Position numbers and translations under genes: made by a program. DNA of 34,675 bases from Corallococcus sp. CA053C. Lineage in GTDB: Bacteria > Myxococcota > Myxococcia > Myxococcales > Myxococcaceae. The stretch lies in NCBI RefSeq assembly GCF_003611675.1, contig NZ_RAWA01000053.1:1-34675 (forward strand), written 5' to 3'. Under the pieces are notes generated by a model. That model saw only the letters and a list, made by a program, of their open reading frames with translations, did not search any database and had not been told where the DNA came from. Of the stretch, positions 9,022-18,050 are shown one piece after another (the first letter of the stretch is position 1; each line of letters opens with the position of its first letter).

Positions 9022-9903
9022 CTACTTGGGCTCGCCCATGACTTCCAGCGTGTGCTTGAGCCGCTCCAGGCCCAGGCGCACCAGGGCGCCGCGCAGGTCG
9101 GGCTGGCCCAGGAACGCCTTCTTGAACACGTCGCGCTCCAGCTTGAGCAGCGTGCACGGCGTCACGGTGCGCACGGTGGCGGTGGCGAGGCGGCTGCGCA
9201 GCAGGGAGATCTCCCCGAACAGGGCGCCTTCCTCCAGCACGGGGAAGGACGTCTGGCGACCGTCGCTGTGCGTGTGGAAGACCTCGCACTGGCCGCGCAG
9301 CAGGACGTAGAGCGCGTCACCCGGCTGTCCCCGGGTGAGGAGCGTTTCCCCCGCGGGGACGGTGCACGGGATGAAGGCGTCCCCCAGCTCGTGCTGCACT
9401 TCCGGGGGCAGCGCGGCGATGAGCGGGTTGCTGCGCAGCGTGTCCGCGAGCAGGCGCTCCTTCGCGGCCAGCTGCATCTGCTCCCCCTTCACGCCGTAGT
9501 CCTTGCCCAGCTCCCGGACGCCGGCCTGCGTGAGCTCCAGCAGCACCACGTCCTCCACCGTCACCACCGTGGCGGTGCGCTTCGTGCCGGTGAGCAGCGC
9601 CAGCTCCCCGAAGAACTCACCGGAGCCCAGGCGGCCCACCTCCAGGTTCGCGGCGCCGTCGTTGCCGCGCAGCACCGCGACCCGACCCTCCAGCACGACG
9701 AACATCGAGTTGCCGGGGTCGCCTTCGCGCACCACCACCTGGCCCGCCTGGAGGTAGCGCGTGCAGACGGGAGGGGCCGGGGCCACCTCCGCTTCCGTTA
9801 CGTTCGCCGGGGCGGAAGGTGTCGCGGACGCCGGTCCGGCGGAGACCTCCGGGGCGGACGGGTGGGCGGACAGCAGGGCCTGCAGGCGCGCGAACAGGGA
9901 CAT
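9022..9903 (-). CDS. Protein with two tandem cyclic-nucleotide-binding (CAP-effector) domains and no DNA-binding domain
   Basis: Two copies of the cNMP-binding signature (GEFFGELALLTGTKRTATVVTVEDVVLLEL and GALFGEISLLRSRLATATVRTVTPCTLLKL). There is no HTH after the second domain. Confidence 0.8.
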   Translation of the reverse strand: MSLFARLQALLSAHPSAPEVSAGPASATPSAPANVTEAEVAPAPPVCTRYLQAGQVVVREGDPGNSMFVVLEGRVAVLRGNDGAANLEVGRLGSGEFFGELALLTGTKRTATVVTVEDVVLLELTQAGVRELGKDYGVKGEQMQLAAKERLLADTLRSNPLIAALPPEVQHELGDAFIPCTVPAGETLLTRGQPGDALYVLLRGQCEVFHTHSDGRQTSFPVLEEGALFGEISLLRSRLATATVRTVTPCTLLKLERDVFKKAFLGQPDLRGALVRLGLERLKHTLEVMGEPK

Positions 9904-9938
9904 GGGGCCCGGACGCTATCAGGGGGCTGGCCGGTGAC

Positions 9939-9954
9939 TGTGAAATGCTTCACA
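9939..9954. promoter_or_regulatory. Perfect CRP/FNR-type palindrome TGTGA-N6-TCACA in a divergent intergenic region
   Basis: tgtgaaatgcttcaca at 9939-9954, flanked by c/g to give an 18-bp CTGTGAA-N4-TTCACAG inverted repeat. It lies ~36-51 bp upstream of the cNMP-binding gene start (9903, minus strand) and ~130 bp upstream of the hydrolase gene (10082). Confidence 0.45.
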
Positions 9955-10081
9955 GGCATCGGGAGATCCTCAGGAACGCCTTCCGACCAAGCAGGCGGAC
10001 TAAGGGTAAATCCTTACGGCGTCAGTGTTTGGCGGACAGGTCCGTGGAAGATGCAAGGCATTGGCTTGAGCACAGGGAGGC

Positions 10082-10798
10082 GTGATGCCGCGAGAACAGA
10101 GGGTGCTGCTCGGTGAGGCTCCGGCGTTGGTGGTGGGGGACGGGTCGACCCTGGCCCCGGGACCCAGGGGCACTTTCGTGCTCATTCATGGACTTGGGGG
10201 GTCGAAGGAGGTCCAGCTGCCCGAGGCGCAGCTGTTGGCCCGGCATGGCTACCTCGCGGTGATTCTTGACGCGATGGGGCACGGCGAGCGGCGGTATCCC
10301 GACTTCGAGCGGCGCTTCAGCCCCGACCATCGGGATCAGTCCTTCCGCGAAGTCGTCTCGCGCTCCGCGCAGGAGCTGCCTCGCGTCCTCGGAGCCCTGG
10401 CGGAGCGGGGCTGGTCGCGGCCGGGAGCGGTGGGCGTGTGCGGCATCTCGATGGGCGGTGCGATCCTCTTCGAGGGCCTGGGTCCGGAGCTGGCGCTCGA
10501 CGCGGCCGTGACCGTCATCGCCCCGCCGCCGCGAGGGCCTCAAGGCCACGCACGGCTGGAGCGCTTCTTCCCGACGCCCCTGCTGATGCAGGCGGCGGGT
10601 GCGGACTCCCTGGTCCCGGCACAGGACGCGCGCGACTTCCACCACGCGCTCCTGCCGCGTTACGCGAGCGCACCCGAACGCCTCCGCTACTTCGAGCATC
10701 CCGGCGAAGAGCACATGTTCACCGAGGCAGGCTGGGGCCGCGTCTGGGAAGAGGTGCTGGGGTGGTTCGACCGGTTCATGCCGGTCGCCGGAGGCTGA
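10082..10798 (+). CDS. Alpha/beta hydrolase, dienelactone-hydrolase-like
   Basis: FVLIHGLGGSKE, nucleophile elbow GISMGG (GxSxG), and a C-terminal His region (EEHMF). The stop TGA at 10796-10798 overlaps the next start (ATGA). Confidence 0.75.
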   Translation: MMPREQRVLLGEAPALVVGDGSTLAPGPRGTFVLIHGLGGSKEVQLPEAQLLARHGYLAVILDAMGHGERRYPDFERRFSPDHRDQSFREVVSRSAQELPRVLGALAERGWSRPGAVGVCGISMGGAILFEGLGPELALDAAVTVIAPPPRGPQGHARLERFFPTPLLMQAAGADSLVPAQDARDFHHALLPRYASAPERLRYFEHPGEEHMFTEAGWGRVWEEVLGWFDRFMPVAGG

Positions 10799-11817
10799 TG
10801 ACAGGGCTACACTTCGTGGCCATGGGTGACACGCTGGACGTTGTCGTGGACGTGGGGGACGTGGGGGACGTGGCCGCGGACGGCGTGCTGCTGAAGTACG
10901 CCCAGGGCTTTCACGGCGCGGACGGCGCGGTGATGCGCCGGTTGGCGGAGGCGGGCCTCGCGGACGAAGGACTCTCGCTGCTCCCCGGCGATCACCGCAT
11001 CATCGAGACGAAGGGGAGCCTGGGGGCTCCCTGGGTGCTGTTCCTGGGGACGGTGCGCCTGCGCCAGTTCGGCTACCACGAGATCCGCCAGTTCGCGGTC
11101 CGGGCGCTCCAGCTCCTGGAACCGCGGCAGGGCCTGCGTCACCTCGCGTGCACGGTGCACGGTCCCAACTATGGGCTCGACGAGGACGAGGCGGTGCTGG
11201 CCCTGGTGGGTGGCTTCGTGGATGCGTTCCAGCGCGGCATCGGCCCGCGCGACCTGGAGCGCATCACCGTGGTGGAGCTCAATCCCAAGCGCATGGAGCG
11301 GCTGCGCAAGGCCCTGGCGTTGGGCCTGGGGGCCACCCTGGGCGTGGAGCCGCTGCCAGGTGGGATGGGGTTCCGCGTCCGGCGCAACGCCCGGTTCGTC
11401 GCGGCGGCGCCCATGGCCTCCGCGGGCGCGAACTCGAACGAGAAGCCGCATGCCTTCGTCGCCATGCCGTTCGCGCCGGAGCTGGAGGACACCTACCACT
11501 ACGGCATCCTGGGGCCCGTGAAGGCCGTGGGCCTGCTGTGTGAGCGCGTGGATCAGGCGACCTTCGATGGCCCCATCATCCAGCGCATCCGGGACCGCAT
11601 CGACACCGCGAAGGTCGTCATCGCGGACCTGTCGCTGGCGAACCCCAACGTGTACCTGGAGGTCGGGTACGCCTGGGGCAGGGGAAAGCCCACGCTGATG
11701 CTGGTGCGGGACGTGAGGGAGCTGCGCTTCGACGTGTCCAGCTACCGCTGCCTCGTCTACCGCAGCATCCGGCACCTGGAAGAGGTGCTCACCCAGGAGC
11801 TGCAGCGGATCCTCTGA
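10798..11817 (+). CDS. Fusion protein with an N-terminal macro (ADP-ribose-binding) domain and a C-terminal nucleoside 2-deoxyribosyltransferase / DNPH1(Rcl)-like N-glycosidase-family domain
   Basis: Macro motifs: GDTLDVVVDVGDVGDVAADGVLLKYAQGFHGADGAVMRRLAEAG (compare with GDIT...VNAAN..L.GGGGVDGAIHRAAG) and LACTVHGPNYGLDEDEAVLALV (compare with AFPAISTGVYGYP). C-terminal motifs: HAFVAMPF...KVVIADLSLANPNVYLEVGYAWGRGKPTLML (compare with the Rcl/NDT VVVAEVTQPSLGVGYELGRAVALGKPIL). The ATG at 10798 is in frame with track ORF 10438..11817. Confidence 0.6.
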   Translation: MTGLHFVAMGDTLDVVVDVGDVGDVAADGVLLKYAQGFHGADGAVMRRLAEAGLADEGLSLLPGDHRIIETKGSLGAPWVLFLGTVRLRQFGYHEIRQFAVRALQLLEPRQGLRHLACTVHGPNYGLDEDEAVLALVGGFVDAFQRGIGPRDLERITVVELNPKRMERLRKALALGLGATLGVEPLPGGMGFRVRRNARFVAAAPMASAGANSNEKPHAFVAMPFAPELEDTYHYGILGPVKAVGLLCERVDQATFDGPIIQRIRDRIDTAKVVIADLSLANPNVYLEVGYAWGRGKPTLMLVRDVRELRFDVSSYRCLVYRSIRHLEEVLTQELQRIL

Positions 11818-11821
11818 CACG

Positions 11822-12916
11822 TCACCAGCCGCGCGCGGCGACCTCCCACGTCGCCACGCCCGTGTCGCCCCGCACGACATGCAGCCGCGCATGCAGGGGG
11901 ACGGAAACACAGACATGGTTGGGCACCACGCGCACGCGCTCGCCGATTCGGGGGCGCCACGTCGTGGCGGACACGTCCAGCAGCCCGTGCTCCTCCGACA
12001 GGTTCTTCACCACGACCTCCGGCCGTTCAAGCAGGACGCCATACCCCGGCGCCACGCCTTCCTCCTTCGCGAGCGCCTTGGCACCCGCGTCGATGACGAC
12101 CTGTCCGGGAACGGCGGTGCTCACCACGGTGGCGAGGACGGAGTAGGCGCACTCCGTCCAATCACAGGCGCCGATGGTGACGCTGTTGCGGTCGTTCAGG
12201 ACGTTGAGGCCCGGGCGGATCTCCGTCAGCCCTCGCACGGCATGGGATTGCCAGAGGGTGGGAGTGGAGCCGCCGCTCACGACCTCGGGAGGGAGCCCCG
12301 CGGCGCGCAGGGCCTCCACGAACGACGCCAGTGTCTGGGATTGGGTCTGCATCGCGGCAGGCAGCTCCGCCTGAGGCATCCGGAGGTGACCCGCGTAGAA
12401 CGTCACGCCGCGAAACGCCACGCCCGGCGTGGAAGCCGCCACGCGCGCCAGGGCCACGGCGTCCTCGGGCGTGCGCAGCCCGACCCGACGCATGCCCAGG
12501 TCCAGCTCCACGAGCACGTCCACGGTGCGCCCGGCGTCCCGGGCCGCGAGTGCCAGGCCCTCCAGCACTTCGCGTGAGTCCAGCGCCACGGTGAGCCGCA
12601 CGCGGGAGGGCAGGGCCATCAAGCGCGCGAGCCGGCGCGTTCCCACGGGCGGATACGCCAGCAGCACGTCGTCGGACACCCGGGCCAAGACCTCGGCCTC
12701 CAGGATGGTGGCCACCGTGACGCCCGAGGCTCCCGCCGCGACCTGGAGCGCGCCCAGTTCCACCGTCTTGTGGGTCTTCGTGTGGGGCCGCCAGCGCAGG
12801 CCATGCTCCCGCGCATAGGTCGCGACGCGCTGGAGGTTCCGCTCGACGCGGTCCAGGTCGACGATGGCGGCGGGCGTGTCGAGGGCATCCAGGGCGGGCG
12901 TGGACATGCGGCGCAT
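11822..12916 (-). CDS. PLP-dependent D-serine deaminase-like / alanine-racemase N-terminal-domain family enzyme (DSD1 / D-threonine aldolase-like)
   Basis: MRRMSTPALDALDTPAAIVDLDRVERNLQRVATYAREHGLRWRPHTKTHKT (PLP-Lys context) is typical of the family. The start is moved to the internal ATG at 12916, and the upstream part of the track ORF is Arg/Gly-rich junk. Confidence 0.7.
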   Translation of the reverse strand: MRRMSTPALDALDTPAAIVDLDRVERNLQRVATYAREHGLRWRPHTKTHKTVELGALQVAAGASGVTVATILEAEVLARVSDDVLLAYPPVGTRRLARLMALPSRVRLTVALDSREVLEGLALAARDAGRTVDVLVELDLGMRRVGLRTPEDAVALARVAASTPGVAFRGVTFYAGHLRMPQAELPAAMQTQSQTLASFVEALRAAGLPPEVVSGGSTPTLWQSHAVRGLTEIRPGLNVLNDRNSVTIGACDWTECAYSVLATVVSTAVPGQVVIDAGAKALAKEEGVAPGYGVLLERPEVVVKNLSEEHGLLDVSATTWRPRIGERVRVVPNHVCVSVPLHARLHVVRGDTGVATWEVAARGW

Positions 12917-12969
12917 GCTGGCACCCGGCTGTACTTCGAGACCAGCGCCAACCGCGCCGCGGTCACGCC

Positions 12970-13392
12970 CTACGCGGCAGGCTCGAAGCCGATGCGCGGG
13001 CGCTGCCAGGCCCAGCCACCGGCCTTCAGCGCTTCCAATGCCTGCGCCTCCAGCGCCTGCAGCGCGGCCAGCACCTGCGCGGGCGGGCGGGGCGCTCCCG
13101 GCGCGCTCTCCACCTCGAAGCGTGCGGGAATGGTGCTGGCGTCCTGGCCGCCCATCACCACGCGGATCCAACAGTTCTGCGGTGACAGCTCCGTCTCCCC
13201 GGACCACGACACGTCCTGGACGAAGAGGTCCACCGCGCCCAGCACCTTCTGCCCGCGCAGCCGCGTCACCACCGCGTCCAGGGAGCCCTTCGCGCGCTGG
13301 TTCCGCCGCTTGCCAATGCGGGTGAGCGTCCACCAGGCCAGGCCGCCCGCGACGACGGGGGAGAGGATGAAGTAGGGGATGAGCGGGCTCAT
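12970..13392 (-). CDS. Small membrane protein, hypothetical
   Basis: A single N-terminal TM segment (LIPYFILSPVVAGGLAWWTL) and protein-like downstream sequence. The start is taken at MSPLIPY and is uncertain. Confidence 0.4.
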   Translation of the reverse strand: MSPLIPYFILSPVVAGGLAWWTLTRIGKRRNQRAKGSLDAVVTRLRGQKVLGAVDLFVQDVSWSGETELSPQNCWIRVVMGGQDASTIPARFEVESAPGAPRPPAQVLAALQALEAQALEALKAGGWAWQRPRIGFEPAA

Positions 13393-13469
13393 GGGCGCCA
13401 GGGTGCCACGAAACTCAGGGGAAGGAACGCCCATCCCTCACGGTGCGAGGGACGGGCGTTGAAGCACGG

Positions 13470-15650
13470 CTACTGCGGCGCGGGAGCGGTGGGCTTCTTC
13501 GTCGCGTTGGGCTTGTACGTCATGCCCAGCTCGTTGAAGACGAAGGAATAGACGTCCACCTCCTCCTCGATGCGCGCGGCCAGCGGCGTGCCGGCCCCGT
13601 GCCCCGTCTCCGCGTTGGCGCGCAGGAGGATGGGCTTCGGGGCGCTGGTCGCCGCCTGCATCCGGGCCACCATCTTGCGCGAGTGGAACGGATCCACGCG
13701 CGGATCATTCGCCCCGGAGGTGAAGAGCACCGACGGGTACTTCGTCCCGTCCTTCACCTGGTGCACCGGCGAATAGGCATACAGCGCCTTGAACTGCTCG
13801 GGGTCCTTCACCGAACCGTACTCGGTGACGTTGAACTGGCCGTTGGGCGTCAGCTCCGTGCGCAGCATGTCGTAGATGCCCACGCGCGCCACCACCACGC
13901 CGTACTGCTCCGGGTGCTGCGTCACGGCCGCGCCCATCAGCAGGCCGCCGTTGCTGCCGCCCTGGATGGCCAGCTTCTTCGGCTGCGTGTACTTCTGGTC
14001 CACCAGCAGCTTCGCGCACGCGTAGAAGTCGTCGAACACGTTCTGCTTCTTCGTGAGCGAACCGTCCTGGTGCCAGGACTCACCGAACTCCGAGCCGCCG
14101 CGCAGGTTGGCCACCGCGAACACGCCGCCCTGCTCCAGCCACAGGCCCGTCATCGCGCTGTACCCCGGCGTGATGGAGACGTTGAAGCCGCCGTAGCCCG
14201 TGAGCCACGCCGGGTTCTTGCCGTCCAGCTTGGTGCCCTTCTTCTTCAGGATGGTGAGCGGCACCTTGGTGCCGTCCTTCGACGTGGCCTCCGTGCGCAC
14301 CACCTCCACGTCGCTCATGTCGATGGCCGCCGTGCGCGCCAGCGCCGTCTTCGTCACCTTGCCGTCCTTCGCCGAGTAGCGGAACCACGCGGCCGGCTGC
14401 GTGAAGCTGCCGTTGACGAACAGCAGGTCATCCGCGCCCTGCCGCACCGCTCCGCCCACGGACGACACCGGCAGCGTGGGCACCATCCCCAGCGCCTGCC
14501 CCTTCAGGTCCACGATGCGCAGCTGCGACGGTCCGCCCAGCTGCTCCACCAGGTACAGCCGGCTCTGCGTCGCCAGGATGGACTGCACCGTGGCCTCGCT
14601 CTCCGGCACCAGCACCGTCGCCTTGTCCAGCGTCGGCGTCGCCAAGGGCAGGCGCAGCACCTTGCCGCGCGACGCGTCCTTGCGGCTGAGCAGGTACGCC
14701 GCGCCGTCGCTGCCAAAGCGCGCCGACACCACCTTGTCCGTGAACTTCGCCACCTGCGTCCACTTGCCGGAGGGGCCGTGCAGGTACAGCTCGAACTCGC
14801 CGCCGTCCCCGTTGGCGACGCGCGCGACCGTGTACTGGCCGTCATCGCTCGCCTCCAGGTCCGTCATCGCGATGCGCGGGAAGTCCTTGCCCAGCGCGTA
14901 CGTGTCCTTCTCCGTGGGCGTGCCCAGCGTGTGGAAGTACACCTGTTGATAGACCTCGCGGTCGATGGCCGGACGCTCCTCGCCGCGCGGATAGCGCGTG
15001 TAGAAGTAGCCCGTGCCCTGCGCGTTCCACGCGAGGCTGCCGCCCGCGGTGCCGCCGTTGACGCGAGGAACGAGCTCGTTGGCCAGCGCCTTCGCGCCCG
15101 CCACGTCGTACACGGACACGTCACCGCTCTCCGTGCCGCCCTTCGACATGGACACGGCCACCTTCTTGCCGTCGCGCGTGAGCTGGAACCAGTCAATGGT
15201 CGTCTTGCCGGACGTGTCCACCTGCGTGGGGTCCACCAGCAGGCGCTCCTTCGACGTGTCGTCCAGCGAGCCCACGACGACGAGCACCGGCTGCTGCTTG
15301 GGCGGCTGGAACTTCAGCGCCAGGATGACGCCGCCCTTCTCGTCCAGCGCCGCGTACGCGGGGGACTTCCACGACAGCAGCTCCGTGATGCGCTGGCGCA
15401 GGCCCTCGCGCCCGGGGAGCTTGTCCAGCACCGCGCGGGTGTAGGCGTTCTGCGCGTCGGTCCACGACTGCACCTTCGGGTCGGTGGCGGACTCCATCCA
15501 CTGGTAGGGGTCCGACACCTTCGTGCCGTGGTAGGTGCTCTCCACGGGCTGCTTCTCCGCGGCAGCGGGCTTCGCGGGCGCCTTGCCCGCGGCGCTGGCC
15601 ACGAGCGGGAGGAGCAGCGCGGCGGTGGTCACGGCGGTTCTGAACTTCAC
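13470..15650 (-). CDS. Secreted prolyl oligopeptidase (S9A family serine peptidase)
   Basis: 726 aa with a signal peptide. The beta-propeller N-domain region and C-terminal catalytic domain (GGSNGGLLMGA, HGAGTP) are characteristic of prolyl endopeptidase. Confidence 0.85.
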   Translation of the reverse strand: MKFRTAVTTAALLLPLVASAAGKAPAKPAAAEKQPVESTYHGTKVSDPYQWMESATDPKVQSWTDAQNAYTRAVLDKLPGREGLRQRITELLSWKSPAYAALDEKGGVILALKFQPPKQQPVLVVVGSLDDTSKERLLVDPTQVDTSGKTTIDWFQLTRDGKKVAVSMSKGGTESGDVSVYDVAGAKALANELVPRVNGGTAGGSLAWNAQGTGYFYTRYPRGEERPAIDREVYQQVYFHTLGTPTEKDTYALGKDFPRIAMTDLEASDDGQYTVARVANGDGGEFELYLHGPSGKWTQVAKFTDKVVSARFGSDGAAYLLSRKDASRGKVLRLPLATPTLDKATVLVPESEATVQSILATQSRLYLVEQLGGPSQLRIVDLKGQALGMVPTLPVSSVGGAVRQGADDLLFVNGSFTQPAAWFRYSAKDGKVTKTALARTAAIDMSDVEVVRTEATSKDGTKVPLTILKKKGTKLDGKNPAWLTGYGGFNVSITPGYSAMTGLWLEQGGVFAVANLRGGSEFGESWHQDGSLTKKQNVFDDFYACAKLLVDQKYTQPKKLAIQGGSNGGLLMGAAVTQHPEQYGVVVARVGIYDMLRTELTPNGQFNVTEYGSVKDPEQFKALYAYSPVHQVKDGTKYPSVLFTSGANDPRVDPFHSRKMVARMQAATSAPKPILLRANAETGHGAGTPLAARIEEEVDVYSFVFNELGMTYKPNATKKPTAPAPQ

Positions 15651-15694
15651 GGTTCACCTCGCATGGATGTGCCCTGTGACGTGCCCTGCCTGCG

Positions 15695-17182
15695 TCAGCG
15701 CAGGGGCAGCTCCACCAGGGCGGTGGAGAAGAGATCAAAGGCTTCGTTGGCGTTGGGCTTCGTGCCCTCGTCCATGTTGCCGAGCATCAGCGCGAAGACG
15801 ACGCGCGGGTGCTCCAGGTCATTGGGGCGCTCGGCCACGCCCACGAAACACTTCTGGCCCGTCAGCGTCCCCGTCTTCGCGCGGATGCGGCCCGCCGTGG
15901 CCTGCGTGGTGCGCCGTCCCGCCAGCGTCCCGTCCACGCTCAGCACGGGCAGGCTGTCCACCAGCGCCTGCCCATAGGGCTCCTGGAGGCTGGTGAGGAT
16001 CACCCGCGCCATGCCCCGGGGCGTGGCCAGGTTGTAGCGGGACAGGCCGCTGCCATCCACCGGGCGCAGGTCCTTGGGCGGCACCCCGCGCCGCAGCAGC
16101 TCCGCGCCCAGCGCCGACCTGAGCGCGGCGTAGCCCTCCTGGCCGGTGCGCTCGCGCGCGAAGCGCATGCCCAGCCGCTCCGCGTAGAGGTTGAGGCTCT
16201 CCTTGTTCGTCGCGCGCACCAGCTCCGACAGCGGCGGGCTCGTCAGCTCCACCAGCGGCACCGGCACCGGCGGCAGGGGCGGCGTGGGCGCCTCCAGCGA
16301 CATCGGCAGCCGCGTCACCCCGTGGCGCGCCAGCGCGTCGTCCACGCACGCGGCGAAGAGGTCCTGCGGCGCCTCCACGGCCAGCTTCACGGCGGCGGCC
16401 TGGGGGCAGGGGCCTCCCGCGGGGGAGCGCCACGTGCAGCTCACGCCCGCGCTCCCTCGCATGCAGGACAGGTTCGTGCGGTCCGCGTTGACGTCCACGC
16501 GCACCACGGCGGACAGCGTGGCGAAGGTGGGGGTCCACTGGACGGCGGGCGCGTCCGCGCAGGTGGAGCCGGGGGCGCGGGCCAGGGCCAGGTCCACCAC
16601 GTTCTCGCGGAAGACGAACGGGGTGGGGGCCGCGCTGTAGGCATAGGCGGCGTCATCCCAGGCCCAGCCCGGACCCATCAGGCCGTCCACGCCGTCGGTG
16701 CCGGCGATGCGCACGTTGCCGCGCCACTGGTGGATGCCGTGCGCCTGGAACGCCTCCGCGATGCGGTCGCACGCCAGCGCTGTCTCCGGGAAGCGCCAGG
16801 AGCCCAGGGACGGGTCGCCGGAGGCCTGCGCCACGATGTCGCCCAGGAACAGGCCGCCCACCTGCGAGCCCTCCAGCGACACCGGCGTCACGAAGCGGAA
16901 GTCCGCCCCCAGCGCGGACAGCGCAGCGGAGGTGGACACCACCTTCATCGTGGACGCGGGCAGCAGCCGCACGTTCTCCCGGTGCTGGAAGAGGGGCTCG
17001 CCGGTGCGCGCGTCCACCACGTATGCCCCCGCGAGCGCGCCGTCCGCCTCCAGCGTCTCCAGCAGGGTCCGGGTGACGCCGGGCAAGGTGCTTCGCTGGG
17101 AAGCAGCCTCCGGCCCGGGAGGCGCGTGGGCGCAGGCGGACAGCAGGACGGAGACGCTGGCGAGGAAGAGGGCTCGGCGCAT
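15695..17182 (-). CDS. dacB: D-alanyl-D-alanine carboxypeptidase/endopeptidase, PBP4 (DacB, S13) family lipoprotein
   Basis: Lipoprotein signal MRRALFLASVSVLLSAC, SxxK motif (PASTMKVVS), and KTG motif (RAKTGTLTG). The ATG at 17182-17180 was verified against the sequence, and the track ORF is extended to 17602. Confidence 0.8.
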   Translation of the reverse strand: MRRALFLASVSVLLSACAHAPPGPEAASQRSTLPGVTRTLLETLEADGALAGAYVVDARTGEPLFQHRENVRLLPASTMKVVSTSAALSALGADFRFVTPVSLEGSQVGGLFLGDIVAQASGDPSLGSWRFPETALACDRIAEAFQAHGIHQWRGNVRIAGTDGVDGLMGPGWAWDDAAYAYSAAPTPFVFRENVVDLALARAPGSTCADAPAVQWTPTFATLSAVVRVDVNADRTNLSCMRGSAGVSCTWRSPAGGPCPQAAAVKLAVEAPQDLFAACVDDALARHGVTRLPMSLEAPTPPLPPVPVPLVELTSPPLSELVRATNKESLNLYAERLGMRFARERTGQEGYAALRSALGAELLRRGVPPKDLRPVDGSGLSRYNLATPRGMARVILTSLQEPYGQALVDSLPVLSVDGTLAGRRTTQATAGRIRAKTGTLTGQKCFVGVAERPNDLEHPRVVFALMLGNMDEGTKPNANEAFDLFSTALVELPLR

Positions 17183-17399
17183 GGCGGCGGCCACCGTATG
17201 TCGCGTGCCTGGGAGTGTCATGGTTTCCGGCCGGCGGGGACGGGCGGGCGTGCACGGTTGGACGGACGGCCCGGGGAGCGACCGGGCAGGGACGACGGGC
17301 GCGCAACGGCCGGGTGCGCCGCCTATTCCCACGACAGCGCGTCCAGCCACCCCGAGTGCCTTGACGCCACGGCACCGGACCCCCATCCTCCCGCGCCCC

Positions 17400-18050
17400 A
17401 TGCCTGTCCTACGTGGTGCCGTGACCTTTTCGCGCTTCCGGACCGAGCCGGCCAAGGATGCGCCGTCCGACGTGAAGCGCTGGCTGACGAAGGGACTCAA
17501 GTCCCATGCGTTCGAGCCCATCGACCGCCGCTCCGAAGATGAGCGCGCGGCCGGTTTCGTGGAGCTGGAGAACGCGGAGGCCTCCGACTTCTCCACCAGC
17601 AACCTCTTCTATGGCGAGTACGCCCTCTTCGCCTTCCGCATCGACACCCTGAAGGTCCCCGCCTCCATGATGAAGGCGGAGCTGGACAAGTGGTCCGCCG
17701 CCTTCGCCAAGGAGAACAGCCGCCCGCCCGCGCGCGCGGAGAAGAACAAGCAGCGCGCGGAGTTGAAGCAGCTGCTCCGTCAGCGGGCGGTGCCGCGCAC
17801 CAGCGTGCTGGACGTGGCGTGGAACCTGAAGACGCAGCAGGTGCAGATCTGGGCCGCGTCCCGCAAGACGGTGGATGAGATCTCCGTCGCGCTGGAGGGC
17901 GCCCTGGCGGTGAAGGTGATTGGCATCACGCCCGCGTCGATGGCGCAGCGTGCGGGCATCGACGACAAGGCCCTGGGCCCCACGGCGGAGCTCATCGGAA
18001 TGGACCTGCCGGCGACGGCTTCGGTGGAGGACAGCCATGGCGAAGGGTGA
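17400..18050 (+). CDS. RdgC-like recombination-associated protein (short form)
   Basis: MPVLRGAVTFSRFRTEPAKDAPSDVKRWLTKGLKSHAFEPIDRRSEDERAAGFVELE...LFYGEYALFAFRIDTLKVPASMMKAE matches the RdgC N-terminal region. The ATG at 17400 is in frame with track ORF 16698..18050. Confidence 0.55.
   Translation: MPVLRGAVTFSRFRTEPAKDAPSDVKRWLTKGLKSHAFEPIDRRSEDERAAGFVELENAEASDFSTSNLFYGEYALFAFRIDTLKVPASMMKAELDKWSAAFAKENSRPPARAEKNKQRAELKQLLRQRAVPRTSVLDVAWNLKTQQVQIWAASRKTVDEISVALEGALAVKVIGITPASMAQRAGIDDKALGPTAELIGMDLPATASVEDSHGEG

Noticed and set aside
13443-15977. 844-aa plus-strand ORF antisense to the prolyl oligopeptidase gene
   Set aside because: Extreme R/L/G/A/H composition with no domain signatures. 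The opposite strand encodes a clean S9A peptidase with a signal peptide.
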